A DNA stretch of 60,000 nucleotides from Callorhinchus milii. Taxonomy: Eukaryota. The notes under the pieces were generated by a model, which was not told the origin of the DNA, did not search any database, and was given only the letters and a program-made list of their open reading frames with translations. Position numbers and translations under genes: made by a program. The stretch covers positions 80,726,001 through 80,786,000 of the forward strand of contig NW_024704742.1 of assembly GCF_018977255.1 (NCBI RefSeq), written 5' to 3'. The stretch's first letter is position 1; every line of letters starts with the position of its first letter. This document shows, piece after piece, positions 1-12,042 of this stretch.

Positions 1-86
1 CCTATTTGAAAAGCCCTGTGCCATTTTTCTTATGTTTTTGTAGCACTGAAAGCTAAACATTCCACTTGCAATCAGCCCGTAAATCC

Positions 87-238
87 ATTTTGTCCTAATG
101 TTTAAGGCAATCAAAATTGTGAAAAATTCCTAAATTCAGTCTGAATTTGGAAACTCATTTTCTGCATTCAGCATCGAAATTAAGACTGAATTTAAGAATT
201 TTTCACAATCTGTGCCATCTTAAAGTTTAAGACAAAAT
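87..238. repeat. AT-rich palindromic (foldback/MITE-like) repeat
   Basis: ATTGTGAAAAATTCCTAAATTCAGTCTGAATTTGGA is mirrored by TCGAAATTAAGACTGAATTTAAGAATTTTTCACAAT; outer arms TTTGTCCTAA...TTAAGACAAA. Similar cores recur at 28.6, 53.6, 55.8 and 58.2 kb. Confidence 0.7.
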
Positions 239-1944
239 ATTTTTTACTGGCTAAGAATGCGATTTTGACAAGTTATTTTTTTTATATATTGGTTAACGCT
301 ATATTAAAACAACTAGCAACAGCATTAATAAATAATAATCATAATACAAATAATAATTCACATCAGGAGGACCCTTCAAAGTGCTTCGCAGGAATTTCTG
401 TAAAGTGCAGTACCTATTTATTTTGTAGGCATTCCCCTGGTATTAAACAGAGCTCAGTTTAGGGCTGCATATAACAGCGATTGGTTTTCTGTTATTATAA
501 CATACATGAAGGTAAAAAGAAGTTAAAGGTCTGAGGTTAAAGACATTTTACAGAAATAGTTGTATTTGTATATTGCTGCAGTCTTTATCTCAGTTTGCCC
601 ATTGAGAAATTAATTGTTCTTGCCAGTTGTAGACGAGAGAGTCTGGGGATCCACAACTCTATGTAATATCCAAGAACAAATATTTATTATGGGAACAATT
701 TCTTAAATATTTTCCTGAAATGTCACAACTCTGAAAATAAATGTACTTATTCTATTGGACCTTTTTCTCTATATGTACACTGAAGATGTATGTCTTGCAT
801 TCTTTTTGGTTGGGGAGTGAAAAGGGTAAATTGTTCAATACCTAGTGCTTCTTGTGTGATACCATAAATACGTCTGTAAACAGGTGGAAAAATTACTAGT
901 ATACTGCTTACTAAATAATCATTATGCAAGGAAATGCAGAAATAGACAACAAAGGCCCCAAATGAACAAAGGATGGAAAACAATAGAGAGGTCACAAAAG
1001 AGAAGAATACCAGGAAGAAGGGAATACAAAGGAAAAGTAAATATCCGGGAACCAAGATTGCACAAATGCAGTCAAGGCAAGATGAATTGTTGGGCAGCTC
1101 GGATGTGGAATCCACTATTAGTGATAAGAAAGAAGAATACAATATTAATCCGATGAGCTTCATAGAGAAATCTGACACAGAAAAAAGGGAAGAGAAAGAA
1201 AGGATAGTACTGCTAAGGTGCACAAAAGGGAAAAAAAAACACAATGTAAATTACACACAGAAGTATAGGAACGTGTGATGACATTAGAAGAGTATTTAAG
1301 GCTGTGAGAACCAGGAAGATAAGATAAAAACTGGAAATTGATTTTCAATTGAGACAGTAGGAATAGAAGCAAAGCAAAAAAAAGATTATATAAAATACAA
1401 TTCACATAGTAAAAGGGAAGGCGGATACCCTGCTGGGACTTCAAGACATAATTGAAATCGGATTGTTGAAAGGAATACAAAATGTGAAGGAAGAAAATAA
1501 ACAATTAGAACAGGGGAAATAGTGAAAAAACACAAACCATTTTTATAGGGAAAGAGGATTAATGAAGGGGAGAATGAGAAAGCTAATAGAAACACACAAT
1601 CCTGTAATACGACCCCTAAGAAGAGTGCCAGAAGTCATCAAAGAAAGACTAAGAAACACATTAAAAAAATGGAAATGGAGAAAGTCATTAAGGTAGAAAA
1701 AAGCTACTGACTGAAAAAGTGCAATAGTGATTGTAGAAAAGCCAGGCAAATCATTAAGTATATGTTTAGACCCAAAGCAACTAAACCGGAATTCTAAGAG
1801 AATAGTATACATTACCTATTCTTGAAGGTATACATGCAATGTTGCATGGAGCAAAATGCTTCTCAACACTAGATTGTTCCTTGGATTCTTGGTAAGGTTA
1901 GTTGACAAAGTAGTGCATACTTAACAACGTTCTTAACACCATTT

Positions 1945-2089
1945 CATAGAATCATAGAATTATACCGCACAGAAGAAGGCCATTCAGCCTATTTTGTCTG
2001 TGTTGGCTCTTTGAAAAAAGCTTTCTAAATCAATCCCACTCCCCCGCTCTCTTCCCATAGCCCTCAAACTTATCCTCCCCAAATAATTT
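1945..2089 (-). mobile_element. CR1-type 3' end inserted into the Gypsy RT
   Basis: CATAGAATCATAGAAT tail plus GCACAGAAGAAGGCCATTCAGCC; splits the Gypsy TPF|ERY codons; ATTT on both sides. Confidence 0.85.
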
Positions 2090-3312
2090 GAAAGATACTG
2101 TTTTCGGGGAATGTCATTTGCCACAAAGTCAGCACAGGAGATATTCCAGAAGAAATTAGCACAAATGCTGGTAGGGATTACAAAGATTACATCATATTCA
2201 GAAAGACAAGAGAAGAGCATAACACAGGTTATGAAAATGTAAAGTTAAATGAGGAAAAGTGCAATATAGAAATGACAGAGGACAAATATCTAGGACAAAG
2301 GGTTGAAAATAGATTCAAAGATGGCTGAAGCAATAACAAAGATGCCAGCACCTCAGGACAAGAGAGGACTAAAAGAACCAATTGGAATGGTGAACTGGAT
2401 AGCCTGGTTCATACCAGAAGTGACAGATCATGGGGCCAATAAGAATTGGTAAAGGCAGAATTTTATATGGGAGAAAGAACAGTAGCAGATATTTAATAAG
2501 ATAAGAAGTTATTGAAAAGGGCCCTGTTTTAAAATTTTATGATATAAATGCTCCAGTAAAGATATCAAGAGACCCAAACAAAACAGGGATAGGTACGGTA
2601 TTAACACAAGGAGAGAATATATTAGCTTATGCATCATGAGTATTATCAGACACAGGAAAGAAATATGCAGAAGTAGAAAAAGTGTTCAGCAATAGGTTTA
2701 GATGTGGATGATTCAAACAATGTGTGTTTGGAAAGATAACAGTGGAGAATGATCACAACCCATTTGAGGCAATTTTAAGAAAGGACAATGAAATGCCTCC
2801 AACTCCAATGAATACATATACAACTACAAAAATATGATATGGAATTCAAATAAAAACCAGGAAAAATGCTATATGCAGTGGATACATTAAGAAAAGCAGC
2901 AAGTGGAAGGAAACGAGAATAAAAAAAAGAAATACGGCAAAAGCAACAAAACAAGAATCAGGGAAGCTACCAGAAGAGATGGAGTAAGTGCTGTCATTAA
3001 TAATATGCTATGAAATGGTTGACAGAAAGGATTCACCAGTGGAAATTAAACCATATTGACATGAATTATATTAACAAAAAGGGGAATATTGAGAGGAGAG
3101 AATAATCCCAAAAGAATTGAGAATTAAATTTCTCAGAACATTCATGAGGGACATTGGGGAATGGAGAGAGACAAGTGAAGAGCAAGAGAGGTAGTGTTTT
3201 GGCTTGAAATTAACAAACAGAGGATTACATTGGTAAGTGCAACACATGTGCCAGATACCAAAACCAGGAGAGGCAGTAACCAATCATATGTTACACATCA
3301 AGTTTAGTCCAC

Positions 3313-3625
3313 TGAGCTTGTAGCTCACTGGTTACAACACTCACCTCGCAAGCGAGAGACCTGGGTTCAATTTCCGGAAGAGCGAAACCTTGGGCAAGTT
3401 TCCTTACTCCACATGCCTGATAATAATCCCTCAAGAAAAAAAAAACCCAAAACAATAATAATTCGGTCACTCAATCTGCAGCTGTTTGTGTGAGTCTGCT
3501 GTATGCAATTGGCTGCCATGTTTCGTCCACAAATATAGTCAATTCACTTTACAGTATATTCTGTGAAGCGCTTTGAGATGTATAGAAGACATGAAAAACG
3601 CTATATCAAATGCAAGGATTATTTT
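3313..3625 (+). mobile_element. tRNA-derived SINE (young family, L2-like tail) inserted in the Gypsy integrase
   Basis: A-box-like TAGCTCACTGG, B-box-like GGTTCAATTTCC, family body GAAACCTTGGGCAAGTTTCCTTACTCC, tail GTGAAGCGCTTTGAG...AAATGCAAGGATTATT. Confidence 0.9.
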
Positions 3626-5147
3626 ATAAGTTATTTTGAATATGCAAATACAAGACAAGACTGCAGAAACAGTGATAAAAAAGGAGATTTTGCAAGGCAC
3701 AGAATACCAGAGATAAGTGATAATGGACATCATTTTGTGAGTGATCAATATGGAAAATTTACAAAGAATTGGGGGATAGAACACATGATAGGATTCCTGG
3801 GATATCCACAGAGTAACAGGATGACAAAGAGAATAGTATAGACAATTAATAAAAATCACCTAGCAATTCTAACATACAGAAACATGCCATCAGAAAAAAA
3901 AGAGAGGTCACTGGGCACAAATACTGATGTCGCAACAATTATGGAATTGATTAATATGCAGAGAAAAAAGATGAAAATCATAGCTGTACAGAGGAGGGAA
4001 ATAAATGAAAGACGAAACAGAGAAGGAAAAGAGTTTTGAAACAAACGAGAAAATATGGTTCAGAAAGAAATATATCAGGATAGAAGGGAAGGTATTGAAA
4101 AACGATTTTAAAAACACAAGTTCCTATTGGATAGGAGACAACAAAGGAAACCAATACAGAACAACATCTAGGGAGATATGAAAAAGGGTCACGGACAAAA
4201 AGAACAAACAAAAAAGAGATGAAGCAAAAAACAAATAGACCAGATGAAAGAGTAAGAACACACACAAAATTAAGAAGAGATTAGACGACCAGCAAAGTTA
4301 ATAAAAAGCTGAAGAAAAAAAACTAGATAAAGGAAGATATAGTATCACTTTAAGAGTTAAAATCAAATACAAAAGAGCCAATGAGAAAAAGACAAATTAC
4401 AAAAAAATCACCAGGATTGGAAAAAAAAGCGATGTGGCTATGGTTAGTGGTTTGGGTTTCTTTCAGTTGAGAATAAAGAAACTTACTATCATACTCGGGT
4501 TTCAGATTGCGTATTATTACCATGGGAAAATACCTCACATGAAGAATCTAATTTTGTCAAAGTGATTTCCTTTTCTTTTCTGTACTGTTTACCAAAATTA
4601 CAATGCTCATAATGGAATGAAATGGATGAGGCTTGTGAGTGTGCCTTCATCATCTGGAAAAGCATGCAAGATCTGGGGTGAACAAAAGGGAGAAAAATGT
4701 GGGCTGTGTATTAAAATCATCTGGCTAAGTAAAAAGTGAGCAGATTGTGAAACAGGCTTCAGAAAGAGCTCCCAGAGCTACCAGTGATTGATTCATGAAT
4801 TAGTTGAAAAGTATTACACCCAATAAAAGAAAATAGCATCAATAATCTCAATTGCCATATAAACCCTTGAATTGTCTTCATGTCTAATAGAGGGTGAATA
4901 TAGTTTTTTTAGAGCTTTTTTTAAGCAAAAACAAGAAACTAAAGGGTACATTTGCAGATAATGATTAATGTACTCATTGAAGCTGTACTGAAAAGGCAAA
5001 AAGCCTTTGATAGAATAAAAACCTTGGACAAGAAACTTCCTATTATAGAGAGCAATTACATTCTTCAAGGGAACTTCTAAACAAATATGCTCCCCTGTTT
5101 ACAAGAGATATTTGTGGGCCCTACCATTATGGACTGCACTCAATAGA

Positions 5148-6573
5148 TTGAAACCCACCACCTGCTCCCTTGACCCCATCCCCACTCCACTCCTTATCTC
5201 CCAGCTCCAACTCCTTGCCCCACATATCACAGACATCGTCAACCTGTCCCTCTCCTCTGGCTCTGTTCCCATTCCCTTAAAAACTACCACCATCACCCAC
5301 ACCTTAAAAAAACCCTCCCTTGATGCGTCGCAGCTATCAAGCTACCGGCCCATCTCCAACCTCCCCTTCCTGTCCAAGGTCCTGGAACGAGTTGTCGCCT
5401 CCCAGCTGTGCTCTTTCCTCTCCAACCATTCATTACTCAAACCCCTTCAGTCGGGTTTCCATGCTGCCCATAGCACAGAAATTGCCCTGGTCAAGGTCAC
5501 CAATGACATCCTGACCATCTGTGACCAGGGCTCCCTCTGCCTCCTCGTCCTCCTCGACCTATCGGCAGCATTCGATACGGTCGACCACGCTATCTTCATC
5601 CACCACTTGTCCTCCTACCTAAACCTTCAAGGCCCTGTCCTTGAGTGGTTTAGGTCGTAGCTCTCCCACCGTGTTCACTTTGTCTCCACTAATGGCTTTC
5701 CCTCCAGCCCCCGCACTGTCTCGTGCGGTGTCCCTAAAGGCTCTGTCCTCGGTCCCCTCCTCTTCACCCTCTATATGCTCCCCCTTGGTGACATCATCTG
5801 CAGACATGGGGTTAACTTCCACATGTATGCGGATGACACCCAACTCTACCTTTCCTCCTCTACCCTCAACTCCACGACCACCGATGTCCTGACAGCTGCC
5901 TGTCCGACATCGAGTCCTGGACGAGATACAACTTTCTTCAGCTCAACGTGCGCAAAACTGAGGCCCTCCTGATTGGCTCACATCAGTGCCTCTGCACCTC
6001 AGGCGCTGACAGCATCAGCATCCAAGGCTGCACTCTCCACCTCAGCTCGACTGCAGCTCGTGTACTGTCCCGCACCAGACTTCGGGACCACATCACTCCC
6101 ACCCTCGCTCGCCTCCACTGGCTCCCCATCCCCCAGAGGATCGAATTCAAGATCCTCATCCTCACCTACAAGGCCATTCACGGCCTTGCTCCCTCCTACC
6201 TCTCCGACCTACTATCCCCCTACGTACCTGCCCATACCCTCCGTTCCTCTGGCTCTGGTCTGCTCCACATCCCCCGCCCCAACCGCCCTACCATCGGTGG
6301 CCGGGCCTTCAGCCTCTCAGCCCCTAGGCTCTGGAACTCTATCCCCCAGTGCCTTCGCCGCTTCCTCCCTTTCCTCCTTCAAGGCCGGTCTCAAGACCTT
6401 TCTCTTTGACCGTGCCTTCAGCTCCCCTCTCGACTCTCTACTCCCTCCTCGCTCCCTCCCTTCACCCTGACCATTTCCCCCCTGCTCGGATCCTGACCCA
6501 ACTGTACAGCGCCTTGGGACGTCCTCCCGACGTGAAAGGCGCTCAATAAATGGAATCTTGTTGTTGTTGTTGT
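5148..6573 (+). mobile_element. L2-clade LINE, 5'-truncated, internal deletion near 6045
   Basis: RT motifs [40 protein letters not shown]-terminal HITPTLARLHWLPI; 3' stem-loop and (TTG)n tail. Confidence 0.95.
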
Positions 6574-8119
6574 AGTGTAATACCCAACCTATTGCCCTCC
6601 CTTCGCAACATCAAGTTCTTTCAGCGAGTCCAGTATCCTGCTATCAATCACCCTTCGTAACATGTTTGTCATTAATTACCCTCTAGGTAAAGAAAAACTT
6701 CCAAATATAAGACATTTCATGTTGTTTATTATCAGTAGTTTCAGATTTTCCCACTTCCTGAAGTAGAAATGTACATTTAAGTGATAAATATTCATTGATG
6801 AAATATGGTATACTTGAGCAAGGAGGGGAAATTTCCCTTACAGCGTTAGCATTAAATGCCCACTGGCAGAGGTTTGTGACCCTGATGCCATTCTGGACAG
6901 TAGTGTTTCAGGAAGGAATCGCATGAAGAAGAGAATGTTACATTTTTGTGAACAAAATTTCAAGTGTAGGTAACATACACATCTATTGACTGTCCAGTAC
7001 ATCAAGGCAAGATATCTTGAACTCTGCACAGAGAATAGTCAAGGTTTGTCTTGAGTTGAAGACTACCAAAGTCAGATCAGAATCAAGCATAAATTAATCT
7101 TGCTATTAATGCTTCAATATTGCTTTCCATTCTAAATTATAAGTGTACATACTAATCTGAAGCCTGTCCACATGGCATACTTTGTGCCAGATATGTATTT
7201 GTCTTTCTTCTCTATCTCCCTCTCTGAGAGCAATTTATTTACAAACCAGGAGTTGGTATGATCGCAGCATCTTCTGCATTGCAATAGTATGCCACATTTT
7301 CAACCCCATTGTTTGTGCCACACATCTTTCCAACTGTATGATTAGATGAAGAATCTTCACATTATGGATCTCCACAGAGCTCCAAAGAGGTTATAACTTC
7401 CATATTATTGTGATAGCTGGATATGATCATTTATGTAATCTACTTTATCCTCTGCTGCCACCAAAACATTTCTTCAAGTGTTAAAGTTTGGATCAACCTC
7501 TTGGATGAAAATTCAGAGAAAGCAAAGTGGAGTTTCTTTCTCGAAACTGTCTGGAATCTGAACAATAACTCCCTGTAAATAATTTACATTACCTCTTCCG
7601 TTGTATTTTGTATCTTTTTGTGCTTTCAGCTGGCATTTACAATGATATATCCTGTTCAAAGATGATCTGAAACTGCTTTAGAAAAGCATTGGCTTTTTGC
7701 TAGTTGTTCTGTTCTTTGACCAGGTTAAACAGAACAATGAGCTTAAGTATCCCTTCCCCTAAGATTCCCAGTGCACCAACAATTCCCAATGCACCCAGAA
7801 TTACTCTGGGCCAACTCCAGTGAAAAGCAATAAAGAACATCTGCAGCACAGCCACATAAGAAATAATTCCTTTGTGATTAAACAAACTTTGGTGGATTCT
7901 GCCATTTAAGTCTCTGCAGTGATGAGAAAATGAATATGAATATAGTGTGCAATACCTGAACGACAGTTAGACATATTACCAGGTTTCTTGCTGCCTTAAA
8001 CAAAAATCTTTTAAATAAAGGTTTGAATTTTCATGGGTTTACATGTGTACAGATGTTTTGTTAAGTCATCGTACATGGTGCAAACAGAGAACACATTGGT
8101 TTCTGAAGTTTATTTTCAC

Positions 8120-8385
8120 TTCAATCCATGACTGCTTGTGGGACATCGCTGTGTGCAATTAGCTGTCGCATTACACTCACAAATATACAGTCAATTCACT
8201 TTTCAGTATATTCTGTGAAGCACTTTGAGAGGTCTATAAGACGTGAAAAGTGCTATATCAAAGTCAAGGATTATTATTATAGGTAAACAGGGAATGAAGA
8301 AGATGAAGATGAAGGAAACTTGCCTCAGGTTTCGCCCTGCCGGGAATTATTTCTGAGTTTTCTCGCTTGCAAGGCAAGTGCACAA
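8120..8385. mobile_element. SINE fragments: 3' half on + (8120-8280) and head fragment on - (8310-8385)
   Basis: Matches the body/tail and head of the SINE at 3313. Confidence 0.75.
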
Positions 8386-8764
8386 AATACGACACTCCAC
8401 AAAACTCCACAAAAACCTCAAGTTGTTGAGGTTGTTGTGGTAGTTATGGGAGCAGGGAAGGAAAGTGCCCCTTGCAAAGGGCAGTGAGAGCTGTACCAGC
8501 CTTGGATGTGACATATGAGGAGCGGGCAGTAAACACAGAGCAAGCCTGACAGGGTCATACCAGAGCCTCAGGACTCACACCATGCTCATAACAAAATGGT
8601 CTTGTCAGTAGAATTTCAAGAATAGAAAAGAGTGGAAGGGTTTTCTTAAAAAGATATCTCAATTACATTGTACAAACAAATTACCGAATAAATAACTAAA
8701 GACATCGATTGACAAACAGATATGTACCTCCTCCCATCACCTCAGTTAAGATCATTGCAATGAG

Positions 8765-9113
8765 TAATAATAATCCTTGCATTTAATATCGCGCTTTTTC
8801 ATGTCTTCGATACATAATAATAATAATAATCCTTGCATTTGATACAGCGCTTTTCACGTCGGGAGGACATCCCAAAGCGCTTCACAGAATGTACTGTAAA
8901 GTGAATTGACTGTATGTTTGTGGGCGAACGCGGCAGCCAGTGTCCCACAAAGTCATGGATTAAAGTGACCCATTCATTATTGTTTTTTTTCTTGAGGGAT
9001 TGTTATCACGCGTGTGGAGTAAGGAAACTTGCCCAAGGTTTCGCCCTGCCGGTAGTCGAGCCCAGGTCTCTCTCTTGCGAGGTGAGTATTCTAACCACTG
9101 AGCTGCAGACTTC
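8765..9113 (-). mobile_element. tRNA-derived SINE with an extra tail fragment (8765-8812)
   Basis: (TAA)n-ATCCTTGCATTT tail appears twice; head ends CTAACCACTGAGCTGCAGAC. Confidence 0.9.
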
Positions 9114-9499
9114 AAGCATTTAAGCATGACACAGTTAAACCAAACAAAATAAAGTCACATCCCCTGAAATAGCACTCTGTCGTAATTCATAAACTGCCAA
9201 GGCCAACATTGCCGATGACCAATCAACAATTTTAGTTATCGACATGGAAGCGAACAAATCACAGTGCACAAATTTAATCCAGTGGCACAAACAGAAGTTC
9301 AGTGAAAGGACATTTCACAGCTTCAACGTGAATCAGGTGACAGACAATAATTGTAGCAGCATTCCTGCAGGCAGCATTTTTTGTTCACCATGTAGCACAA
9401 TTGATACAAAGAACTATTACAAGTCTTGAGGGATGAATAGAAAATCAGCGTTGTAAAGAGAAAATTGGAAAATATAGCAAATTACACTGAACATTTGAC

Positions 9500-9705
9500 A
9501 GGGTTTAAAATTATAAAAGGATTCAATAAAGTTAACATAAATGGGTTGTCCCCCTTGGGTGGGGAGTCCATAACCAGGGGTCACAAGTATAAGATAGCAA
9601 TTAGGGGATCTAAAAGACAATTTAAGAACAACTACTTTATGCAGAGGGTTGTGAGATTGTGGAACTCACCACCCAAATTGGAGGTTGAAGCAGATAGTAT
9701 TAATT
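9500..9705 (+). mobile_element. CR1 LINE C-terminal fragment
   Basis: FKIIKGFNKV...TRGHKYKI...YFMQRVVRLWNS. Confidence 0.85.
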
Positions 9706-9737
9706 TCCATTTCCGAAGTTTATTTATGAAGAAAAGG

Positions 9738-9870
9738 CAAAATGCTGCAGATGCAGGAAATCTGAAATAAATATCGAAGTCACTGGGAACATGCAGCAGG
9801 TCAGCCAGCATCTATGGAGACAGTAAAGTGAGTTAAGGTTTCAGGTCGATGACCTTTCATCAGAACTGAG
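9738..9870 (-). mobile_element. Penelope-like element terminal fragment with a minimal hammerhead motif
   Basis: Minus strand CAGTT-CTGATGA-A-AGGTC-ATC-GACCT-GAAA-CCTT-AACTC. The flanking AAATGCTGCAGATGCAGGAAATCTGAAATAAA resembles a common shark repeat terminus (from memory). Confidence 0.65.
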
Positions 9871-10289
9871 TTATGTTGGAAGGGAGCAGGTTATCTTATT
9901 TATAAAGGTACTTAATTTATTAAATGACTGGTACAGTCATCCTTTTGTCCCGAATACTTCCCACGTCAAAGTCAAGAACCCAATACATGCTGGAAGGGAT
10001 AATGAATAGGAAATAGTTATGTTTTAAATGAGCGGGAAAGGGGAGGGGCAGAAGAGACATGGCACAACTTTACCTGTGGACAATTTGCTAAGGTTCTGAT
10101 ACGCTGCTGGTGTGCTATGTCTCCACAAGAAAACATAACAGTCTTCCACACAATGAAGCAAAGTATCACAAATACACAACAAATCTACATCATGTGCTCT
10201 GAACATTGTAAAATCACCCTCAGAGCCAAGCAGAGCACCCTGGAACCCGAAGAAGCCAAACAAAAAACCATCACTGCCCTTGAAGTGAA

Positions 10290-12042
10290 AAAACCATCAC
10301 TGCCCTCTTCTGCTCTTACCCTCCTCCACAACACCCTCTCCTCCACACTCGACACTCTTACCCCCATCACCTCCCGTACTGTCTCTTATACTCGCTCCTC
10401 CACCTGGTTCACCACCCAACTCCGCTCACTGAAGAGCCAGGTGCGGGCCGCTGAACCCACCTGCCTCAAATCTGGTCAAACAGTCCACCGACAAATCTGG
10501 CTAGACCTCCTCAAAATCTACCATTCCACTCTAGCCTCGGCCAAGTCATCCTTCTACTCCAGGATAATCCTGGAGGTGAAGAACAACCCCAGGCTTCTGT
10601 TCTCTACCACATCCCGACTCCTCCGTCCCCCCCGCCACCTCGCGCAGGTCATCTCCTCCAACCTTCACTGCGAGGAGATGCTGTATTTCCTTGAATCCAA
10701 AATCAAGGGAATCCACTCCGCGGTCACTGCCCCTCCAACTTCCACCCACCCACCACCCCTTCCCTCCCACACTCCAACTCCTACCCATACTCCCCTACAC
10801 ACCTTCGAACCCGTTTCCCCATCCTCTGTCACCAACCTCATCCTGTCCCTGAAACCCACCACCTACTCCCTTGATTCCATCCCCACTCCACTCCTTATCT
10901 CCCAGCTCCAACTCCTTGCCCCACATATCACAGACATCGTCAACCTGTCCCTCTCCTCTGGCTCTGTTCCCATTGCCCTAAAAACTGCCACCATCACTCC
11001 CACACTGAAAAAACCCTCCCTTGATGCGTCGCAGCTATCAAGCTACCGGCCCATCTCCAACCTCCCCTTCCTGTCCAAGGTCCTTGAAAGAGTTGTCGCC
11101 TCCCAGCTGCGTACTTTCCTTTCCGCCCATTCATTATTCAATCCCTTCCAGTCGGGTTTCCGTGCTGCCCATAACACAGAAACCGCCCTAGACAAGGTCA
11201 CTCATGACATCTTGACCATCTGCGACCAGGGCTCTCTCTGCCTCCTCGTCTTCCTCGACCTATCGACCGCATTCGATACGGTCGACCACGCTATCCTCCT
11301 CCACCGCCTGTCCTCCTACCTAAACCTTCAAGGCCCTGTCCTTGAGTGGTCGTACCTCTCCCACTGTATCCATTTTGTTTCCACAAATGGCTTTTCCTCC
11401 AGCCCCTGCACTGTCTCTTGCGGTGTCCCTCAGAGCTCTGTCCTCGGTCCTCTCCTCTTCACCCTCTATATGCTCCCCCTCGGTGACATCATCTGCAGAC
11501 ATCGGGTTAACTTCCGCATGTATGCGGATGACACCCAACTCTACCATTCCTCTTCTACTCTCAACTCCACGACCACCGATGTCCTGACAGCTGCCTGTCC
11601 GACATCGAGTCCTGGACGAGAGACAAGTTTCTTCAGCTCAATGTACGCAAAACTGAGGCCCTCCTGATTGGTTCGCGTCAGCGCCTCCGCACCTCAGGCG
11701 CTGACAACATCAGCATCCAAGGCTGCACTCTCCACCTCTCAAAGACAGTCAGGAACCTCGGGGTTCTGTTCGACCCTGAGCTGTCCTTTCTCCCTCATAT
11801 CCGCGCCACAACTGGCACCGCCTTCCATCACCTCCGGAATATCACCAGACTACGGCATTTCCTCACCCCTCACGCTGCTGAAACTCTGGTCCACGCCTTT
11901 ATCACCTCAAGGCTGGACTATGGGAACTCTCTCCTCGCCGGCCTTCCCGGCACCTCCCTCCACAAGCTGCAGGTCATTCAGAACTCTGCAGCTCATGCAC
12001 TGTCCCGCACCAGGCTTCGGGAACACATCACTCCCACCCTCG
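10290..12042 (+). mobile_element. Young L2-clade LINE ORF2 (linker plus RT), 5'-truncated
   Basis: ORF 10117-11667 contains [81 protein letters not shown]. The first ~55 codons are probably flank. Confidence 0.95.

Larger units (their letters stand above)
890..4522 (+). mobile_element. Decayed Gypsy/Ty3 LTR retrotransposon (RT, RNase H and integrase remnants; probable 3' LTR ~4338-4522)
   Basis: Hand translation: PVIRPLRRVPEVIKERL (~1600); SLSICLDPKQLN...HGAKCFSTLD...LTTFLTPF/ERYCF (RT, 1740-2110); FYDINAPVKISRDPNKTGIGTVLTQ...LAYAS, ENDHNPF and KPGKMLYAVDTL (RNase H region, 2535-2900); HEGHWG (integrase zinc finger, ~3140); FARHRIPEISDNG...YPQSN (integrase core, 3690-3820). Domain order RT-RH-IN. 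Many stops and frameshifts; 5' LTR not recognised. Confidence 0.9.

Noticed and set aside
747..1812. Hydrophobic minus-strand ORFs as membrane proteins
   Set aside because: They are antisense shadows of A-rich Gypsy sequence.
3313..3385. tRNA genes at the SINE heads
   Set aside because: Each head runs directly into the SINE body and tail, and I cannot see a full cloverleaf.
10117..11667. 516-aa ORF as a host gene or domesticated RT
   Set aside because: It is a young, 5'-truncated L2 ORF2 with a fortuitous upstream ATG, no endonuclease domain and a C-terminal frameshift.
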